IMG/VR virus record: IMGVR_UViG_3300020049_007105
Coordinates: 35,900 to 99,899 of that record
DNA length: 64,000 nucleotides
Source: a virus
Taxonomy: Duplodnaviria; Caudoviricetes
Reading direction: 5' to 3' (one strand)
Shown: positions 57,844-64,000 of the stretch, one piece after another
Layout of the letters: the number at the start of each line of letters is the position of its first letter
How positions within the stretch are numbered: the stretch's first letter is position 1
Program-made: the position numbers and the translations under genes
The notes under the pieces: generated by a model
Told to the model about the DNA's origin: nothing
The model's database searches: none
What the model saw: only the letters and a program-made list of their open reading frames with translations

Positions 57844-58722
57844 TCAGTACTCCGGGATTTCAAACTCAACAAGGATGCCGCAAAAGTAGAAGCCGTTCTC
57901 AATCTCAGGGTGATTGTGTACCACATAAACATGCTGGTCGTCAACAGGAAGCGGGTCTTCGGGATTCAACTCTACTGACGCTGCGAAAGCTTCACAGAGC
58001 CTATCATCATTGTCGGTGGGCCTGCTATAACCGTTGTCGAAAGAACACCCTGCATCGTAGGAGGTGGCGTAATCACCGCCTTCTCCATCAATTTCGGTGG
58101 GAGGAGTGTCCACATAGGCTTCGAGTTTGGCGTGATCCAGATAAACCCAGTCCTGGTTATCATCGAAAGCTCGAAAGATTCGAGGCTTCGTATAGCCGCC
58201 CCGAACATCACAGCCACCATGGATCGAGAGAGCAATAAACCCACTCCCTTCAACCTCAAACGCCTGAATCATACACACATCCTGGAGGAGTGACTCTCCA
58301 TTATAAGTATTCACCCATCCGGTGGGGTGGGTATCCAGCTCCAGCATGTCGAGCCAATCGTCCAGGTCTTCAATCCAAGGACTACCTGAATCCTCCTGCT
58401 CGGCCCACTCGTAAAAGGCATCATCAATATCAGGGCAGTACTCCAAACGATCCTTCCAAAAGTGAAAAGTTGATGCAGTAATACTAGACCAGCTAGTATC
58501 TACGGTAATCCTTGGCTGTGCAGTAAAGAACTCCAGGGGGGTTACCTCAGCCTCACCAACCTGTTTCCGATGCTTCTCCCACGCTCGACCATACGCCCCA
58601 CCAGAATCAAGCATATGAGTTCCGGTATTCTCAACCATCATAGCAGCCAACATTTCACCGCTATCAACAGTTGACAGCTCGCTAAAAAGGGTTTCCCAGT
58701 CGATCTCAGTCTTAGTGCTCAT
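57844..58722 (-). CDS. Acidic protein, paralogue family member 3
   Basis: ENTGTHMLDSGGAYGR, NTYNGES, IALSIHGGCDVRGGY, PLPVDDQHVYVVHNH...GFYFCG. Confidence 0.75.
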   Translation of the reverse strand: MSTKTEIDWETLFSELSTVDSGEMLAAMMVENTGTHMLDSGGAYGRAWEKHRKQVGEAEVTPLEFFTAQPRITVDTSWSSITASTFHFWKDRLEYCPDIDDAFYEWAEQEDSGSPWIEDLDDWLDMLELDTHPTGWVNTYNGESLLQDVCMIQAFEVEGSGFIALSIHGGCDVRGGYTKPRIFRAFDDNQDWVYLDHAKLEAYVDTPPTEIDGEGGDYATSYDAGCSFDNGYSRPTDNDDRLCEAFAASVELNPEDPLPVDDQHVYVVHNHPEIENGFYFCGILVEFEIPEY

Positions 58723-58861
58723 ACTTCCTCCTGGTTTTTGCAGTCAACACATTGTTAACAGCACGCCCCGTAAAACCTCTACGGGACCGCTTAGGACCTA
58801 AGCTCTTTTTATACTCGTCCTAACGAGTTACAGTTTTCCTGCCTCCATGTCACCATATGAT

Positions 58862-60257
58862 TCAAGCATAAACAATCTCCTCAACCTCGGGCCACTCATT
58901 ATGCTCTACACACCAGTTATAAGCCCACTCATCAGAATGGTCCAAGGGCTTATGCTCATCCAAACTGAAATAGGCTAAAATAGCCTGGCGATTCAGATGC
59001 TTAAATAGTGCGGGCAGAATGACATTGTGGTAGATTTCAATGATGCCAAAAGCCTTGCGGCGGTACTGGGCGTGAATGATCTCTCGCTGCTCTTTAGCAG
59101 AAATACCATCCTCACACCATCCACACATCAGGTCATAACCACAACCTCCCACATACTTGCCGTGCTCACAATATCCTTCGGCTGGTGGATTATCATCCCA
59201 ACCGTCTACATTCATAACCATGTTAAACCCTCCTAGGTTCTAGCTTCTAATACTGGTTAGCTTCCATGTCTTTCCACATTGTCTCAGCGATACCATACTC
59301 CTCCAGGAAATGTCCGACTCCAGCCTCACCCCAATCATCTCCGATAAAGCCGCCACAACTTTCATTGGTGATCTCTCTACCGTTCTCAGTCTCTACAGTA
59401 ACTGAGACATAGTAAACATCACCAACAATGAGGTTTCGAACAGTTTCGATCAGCCCCTTAATATAGGCGGCTTCATCAAGAAGTTCCTTCTCCTCATACT
59501 CGGCTGGGACAAAGATGCCAATCTCACCCCAATCACTCTGAGAATAACCTGTCCAGGATGCGGAGATAAACTTACCTTCAACACCTCGGACCTCATAAAT
59601 TTTCTCTAGGGCGTCAAAAATATCACCATAGTGCCCACCATGAAGATGTTCCTGAACAAGCTCAGTCAAATACTCGGAGGCAGTCATCTCATTCTCTTTG
59701 ACTTCTTCACGAAAGTCATCAAAGGGATACTCGATCCCATCTAGGATGGCTGCAAGGTCTACAACCTCACCAAAGTCAGGATAAACATCTGAAAGATCGC
59801 CACCTGATTCATAGATGAGCTCACTTTTATGCCAACCGGCTGAGGTCACCAAAAGAACCCAGCCCTTAGGAATGCAACCTAGACCATCCTCCATAGAGTA
59901 ATCCTCATCATGACCTACTTCAACTTCAATATTGTACTTCATTTATTCATCCTCTCCATAGGCATTCATAACTTCAGCACGAGTCCAAGACTCAAACATA
60001 TCAGTCTCTGAACAAAGAACAATAGCGTCATCGCTATCATCCATGGCGTCACCCCAACAAGGGAAACGCATCTGGTTGTTTCGTCGCTCCAACCATCCAT
60101 CTACGGCATCCCCAAGGGTGTAAAACTTCCCTCCAGGGGCAATACTTGGAGAATAATTACCACCACCATTGAGATAGTAACCATAGGACTCTTCGGGGCA
60201 AGTAAAATCATCCTCGTCATACTCGGGAATAACTTCGGCCTCGTCAAAATCAATCAT
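58862..60257 (-). CDS. Three early genes (58862-59221 Cys-rich; 59247-59942 and 59943-60257 very acidic)
   Basis: RBS-led or abutting ORFs. Confidence 0.6.
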
Positions 60258-60266
60258 TATGTTCTC

Positions 60267-60650
60267 CTAGAATTCAGAGATGACATAAACGCCATCTTCG
60301 GTCTCATAAAAGGTGAAGTTTCTGGCATCCGCAACAAAGGTCTTCCAGTCGAAGTCCCAGTAACGCTCATAGGGTGACTCAGAAAGAAAGTCAGCCATTC
60401 CTAGGGCGTCACACATATAGTCAGCCCAAGCTTTAAGGCTTGAGTGCTCTTGGATTGAAACATTCTCAAATTCACTCATGATGTCATCGGCAGTCTCACT
60501 ACGTGAGAACCCTCGCCAATTCAAGAACACCAAAAAGGCTGTTCCTGTATCATCCAGGAAATCAACAAGCTCTTCGTCTTTAAAAAACTCGGGGTAATCC
60601 TTCCGGGCTCGCTCTTCGAGCTTTGCAATTGGGTCTTCAACTTCGTTCAT
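60267..60650 (-). CDS. ArdA-like antirestriction (DNA mimic) C-terminal domain
   Basis: Very acidic; S...WAD...D......Y.DFDW..F..D...F......GVYV pattern of the ArdA C-terminus. Confidence 0.5.
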   Translation of the reverse strand: MNEVEDPIAKLEERARKDYPEFFKDEELVDFLDDTGTAFLVFLNWRGFSRSETADDIMSEFENVSIQEHSSLKAWADYMCDALGMADFLSESPYERYWDFDWKTFVADARNFTFYETEDGVYVISEF

Positions 60651-60683
60651 TTCAAACCTCCTGGTTTGTGTTGCTTAATACCG

Positions 60684-60887
60684 CTAGTTCTGGAACGACC
60701 GAATCCAACCTGCAAGAACATAGGTAGAAATATGTCGAAGTCCAATCCACTCTTGAATTGAGGGGTTCTTGCGGCCCCCAGCATTCTCCTGAGCCCTCCC
60801 AAGGGAGTCAAACACCCCTATGACAGCCCCATCGTTAAAGAGGATGAACTTGCTGCACACTGGGTCATAATAATGGTCGTTGTTCAT
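60684..60887 (-). CDS. Hypothetical protein
   Basis: RBS GAGGAGG. Confidence 0.5.
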   Translation of the reverse strand: MNNDHYYDPVCSKFILFNDGAVIGVFDSLGRAQENAGGRKNPSIQEWIGLRHISTYVLAGWIRSFQN

Positions 60888-60919
60888 TTCATTCCCTCCT
60901 CAGGGTATTCGGTTAAAAG

Positions 60920-60960
60920 TGCTCCGGGCGAGAATCGAACTCGCATAAACCATTCGGAGC
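60920..60960 (-). ncRNA. tRNA minihelix-like element (acceptor stem + T arm only)
   Basis: GCTCCG-AATGGTTTAT-GCGAG-TTCGATT-CTCGC-C-CGGAGC-A. Confidence 0.6.
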
Positions 60961-60996
60961 GACCAGGCACTTTTAAAGTGTGCCTAAACTTTTATT

Positions 60997-61287
60997 TCAG
61001 ATCAACCTCCGCAGCTTCAGCGAGAAATACCACTCGCATCCATCAATCTCATTGTTCTGGTCATAGTCATCAATCAGACCATTACCAAACTGCTTGCGGA
61101 TTCTAGGTGGAGCCCAACCGTTACCGTCACGCTTCCAGTTAAACCCTGGTTCATCCTCATAGGCAACCTGGGTATCAACTGTCGCAACAGTTTTATTGGG
61201 ATCGCACACTGGTTTCTTTGGTGATGCAGAAACACATCCTACAAGTGGCAAAAGGGCCATGACAACAATCATTGCAAGTTTCTTCAC
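60997..61287 (-). CDS. Lipoprotein
   Basis: Signal peptide ending LVGC. Confidence 0.7.
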   Translation of the reverse strand: MKKLAMIVVMALLPLVGCVSASPKKPVCDPNKTVATVDTQVAYEDEPGFNWKRDGNGWAPPRIRKQFGNGLIDDYDQNNEIDGCEWYFSLKLRRLI

Positions 61288-62352
61288 TCTTCCTCACATT
61301 CTGCGACTTCAATAATGAAGCCCCATCGGTCTACGGTTAAACCCGTCTCTGTAGAAAAGGATTCCACAAAAACAGTTCCTGGTCCTTCATCACCGGATTC
61401 AATAAGGGTCATGGCTTCATTCTCGGCTTGCTCAAGAGTTGAGTGAATAAGTGTGCTTGAAATGTCGCCATAATCCGTGGATAGGCGAACATTGTATGCG
61501 AGATCATCCATTGCGGTTCTCCTTGCTAGTAGAAGTGGGGCGCAATGCAATCACTGCAATCAGTAAAAGCATCACCAAGCAGATAATCAGAGAGATAGAC
61601 ATTTCAGGAAACCTCCTGCATCTCTTCAAAAGCAAAGTTCGCCCATGCACGCTTTTCAGCAGCACGATTTCGTGATGGACGGCGACGGGCAAGCTCATCA
61701 TCAACATCATTCTCAGCCGGATTAAAGGCGAGGGGCTTAACAGACTTCAGGTGTGCAATCATTACAAATCCTCCTAGGATTTAGTTATTGGTGAGAATGA
61801 ATCGGGCTTCAGCAAAGACACTGGAAAGATTCCCAGCATAAACGTCGAAGCGATTGATGCGACTATAAGCAGCATAAACCTGCGTATAGGTGCTGTTGGT
61901 GTAACCCAGGTCCTTCAAGATTCTCCTCAACTCCGTCTTCACAGAATTGAAAAGGCGAACACATGAAGCATTGCGGGCATTCTCTGCGTCATAAAGACGG
62001 GCGGTACTTTCTGCCTTTGTGAGAAGTTCGGTTGCAGTCATTTCAAAACCTGAATAGGTGTGAAATCAAAGCCGGTCCAGTTCCACAAAATCCAATCCAA
62101 TTCTTCCAGCTTGGCAGTTTCGTAACACTCTTCCTGGACACGGATAGAAAAGCTAGAGCAGGCAACCCAGTCTTCGTCCGAAACCCAGAACACATTTCCA
62201 TCTTCATAAGCAATGACATAAAGATGAATTTCATCATCTTCGTTGTAGCCCTTGGACAGGATGCCCTCAAAAAGGATGTAACCATACCCTCCCGGATTAC
62301 CTTCCTCGTTGCGAATCAACGCACGGGCTTTAGTCTTCTCAATTTCGTTCAT
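61284..62352 (-). CDS. Small early genes (61284-61511, two short ORFs to ~61762, 61781-62041, 62038-62352)
   Basis: RBS AAGGAG or TAGGAGG, or coupled starts. Confidence 0.55.
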
Positions 62353-62383
62353 TTCAAAAGCCTCCTAGGCTTGAGTTGTTGCG

Positions 62384-63226
62384 CTACAGAACAATCGTTG
62401 CTTTTGCAAGCTTCACAAAAGCCAGCCCTTGCTTCACATACCGTTCCCGAGTTTCGGAATCCAGTTCCGAATATTCGGTCGGTCCTGCCTTCAAATAGGC
62501 TTTCATTTCTTTTAGGGACCTAAACTCAACGCATCCTGCTCGAACAGAGATTCCACCTTCCGAGTTCCGATATGCGGCCACTGATTCTCCGGTTCCGAGT
62601 CGATCGACCCAACAAAGATGGCTTCGGTCGGAAACCTTTGCGTTTCCGCAAACCTTTGCATTCCCGTCAACCCATGCATGCCCGGAAACCCATGCATCCC
62701 CGAAAACCATTGCATTCCCGTCAACCCATGCATGCCCGGAAACCCATGCATCCCCGAAAACCATTGCATTCCCGTAAACCCATGCATTCCCGAAAACCCT
62801 TGCATTCCCGTAAACCCTTGCATTCCCGAAAACCCTTGCATTCCCGGAAACCCATGCATTCTCGTAAACCATTGCATTCCCGTAAACCATTGCATTCTCG
62901 TAAACCATTGCATTCCCGTAAACCATTGCATTCCCGGAAACCCTTGCATTCCCGAAAACCCATGCATGCCCGAAAACCCTTGCATCCCCGAAAACCATTG
63001 CATTCCCGTAAACCATTGCATTCCCGTAAACCATTGCATTCTCGTAAACCATTGCATTCCCGGAAACCCTTGCATTCCCGGAAACCAGTGCACCCGGACC
63101 GATATAAACTGTCTCCTCAACAGTTGCCGTTTCGGAAACCCAACCACCCTGACTTCCACCAGGATTGATATGTCGATGCGCCGAAACAGGCCCGTTACCG
63201 TCATTGAAATCAAATGTTTCGTTCAT
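62384..63226 (-). CDS. Hexapeptide-repeat (left-handed beta-helix-like) protein
   Basis: 25 [GE][NDH]A[RMWK]V[SYFDC] repeats; RBS AAGGGAG before ATG 63226. Confidence 0.85.
   Translation of the reverse strand: MNETFDFNDGNGPVSAHRHINPGGSQGGWVSETATVEETVYIGPGALVSGNARVSGNAMVYENAMVYGNAMVYGNAMVFGDARVFGHAWVFGNARVSGNAMVYGNAMVYENAMVYGNAMVYENAWVSGNARVFGNARVYGNARVFGNAWVYGNAMVFGDAWVSGHAWVDGNAMVFGDAWVSGHAWVDGNAKVCGNAKVSDRSHLCWVDRLGTGESVAAYRNSEGGISVRAGCVEFRSLKEMKAYLKAGPTEYSELDSETRERYVKQGLAFVKLAKATIVL
62630..63079. repeat. 18-bp tandem repeat, 25 units
   Basis: Units such as AAACCATTGCATTCCCGT on the + strand. Confidence 0.95.
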
Positions 63227-63354
63227 TTTTTTCTCCCTTGTTGGTTTGAGAATAAGTTCATATGGACTCTCAAGTTCTGCCATAAAGGTAAACCCTTTAT
63301 AACTTGAGAGCCCGTATGAACTCACTTTCGTGAGTTATTTGTTTTGTCAGACTT

Positions 63355-63591
63355 CTAAAGAGCGAAGACGAGCTGTCTTGGAGAGAGGAAAACCTCAATC
63401 GCTTCAATCTGGTCAGGGTAGGTCTCAGCATCCCTCAACATGGGGAATTCTGGCTGATGGATGACCGGCATCGGGCCATCCAGGTATTCCACCACGATCT
63501 CCCCATTCGAGTAGGCAAAAGCCTTCCCGAAGAAACTCCCGTCCTTGTCATAAACGGGAATACCGCTGATGACCGTGTGTGTCTCTGCCAT
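63355..63591 (-). CDS. Hypothetical protein
   Basis: ORF starting MAETHT. Confidence 0.5.
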   Translation of the reverse strand: MAETHTVISGIPVYDKDGSFFGKAFAYSNGEIVVEYLDGPMPVIHQPEFPMLRDAETYPDQIEAIEVFLSPRQLVFAL

Positions 63592-63716
63592 TGCATTCTT
63601 CTTTCTGTCAGGTATTTCTTGGATAAAAGCGCAAGGAATTGTTGGTTTGAGTGCCCCATACTGACGAAAGCCAAATACGGGGCGGGAAGTGTTAAAGCAC
63701 ACTTCCGAAAGCTTTG

Positions 63717-63944
63717 TTACTCGGGAAAGCCGACACGATTGCCGACCACAGAAAGATTGAGACGATTAAACATCTCTGAGCGCAGCTCCTCAAACTTGCT
63801 GCGATTAGTCGGAGCCAACTCAACCCTAGCGGACCAAAGATGCCCAGCGACCTCCATGGCATTCTCGGGACTTCCAGAAACCCAGAAGATATCGCCCTCC
63901 GTAAAAGCTTTGACGTAGGAGTAGTGGCGAAGCTCAGGCTCCAC
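63717..63944 (-). CDS. Hypothetical protein (true start may lie further upstream)
   Basis: 75-aa ORF near the window end. Confidence 0.45.
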   Translation of the reverse strand: MEPELRHYSYVKAFTEGDIFWVSGSPENAMEVAGHLWSARVELAPTNRSKFEELRSEMFNRLNLSVVGNRVGFPE

Positions 63945-64000
63945 ATCTTGGAGGTGTCTTGGAACCTTGTAGGCAACTCCTTCAAAAAGAAGCTCTCCTT

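Noticed and set aside
62630-63079. CRISPR array or DGR template/variable repeat
   Set aside because: Contiguous coding 18-mers with no unique spacers. No reverse transcriptase in the window, several A positions are invariant, and there is no TR/VR pair.
62512-63307. Long alternative-frame ORFs over the repeat
   Set aside because: They arise because the repeat unit lacks stop codons. Only the GNAxV frame has an RBS and sensible flanking domains.
1-64000. Prophage boundaries, integrase, terminase or portal
   Set aside because: None recognised. The window looks phage-derived throughout, and the packaging genes probably lie upstream, so lifestyle cannot be called.

Overview
A 64-kb segment of a large tailed dsDNA phage genome with a long non-contractile tail (siphovirus-type). 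The bulk is roughly 50-55% GC by eye. The host is probably actinobacterial, and tail-tip repeats point to Acidimicrobiia. The + strand (1-38459) carries, in order: the end of a protease/scaffold gene; decoration and major capsid genes; an inserted cassette with its own promoter ending in a full DnaE (Pol III alpha); neck genes, including a high-GC imported segment (metzincin lipoprotein plus IPT/TIG protein); major tail, frameshifted tail chaperones, a 2231-aa tape measure and tail-tip genes; two membrane genes; and a replication/recombination block (Cas4-like exonuclease, Sak4, SSB, primase-helicase, HNH) ending in a sigma factor fused in frame to RecA. After a bidirectional terminator (~38510-38545), the - strand carries about 60 mostly small early-type genes, including Ku, an OB-less ATP-dependent ligase, RuvB-like, cytosine-methylase-like, ArdA-like, lipoprotein and hexapeptide-repeat genes. 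The most unusual signals are: (1) the sigma28-like::RecA fusion together with a CGATAT motif ahead of late genes; (2) three intergenic hairpins presenting anti-Shine-Dalgarno sequence, one exactly complementary to the capsid RBS; (3) a graded series of non-canonical tRNA-like elements in the early arm. All calls are from reading the sequence; no database searches or folding programs were run.
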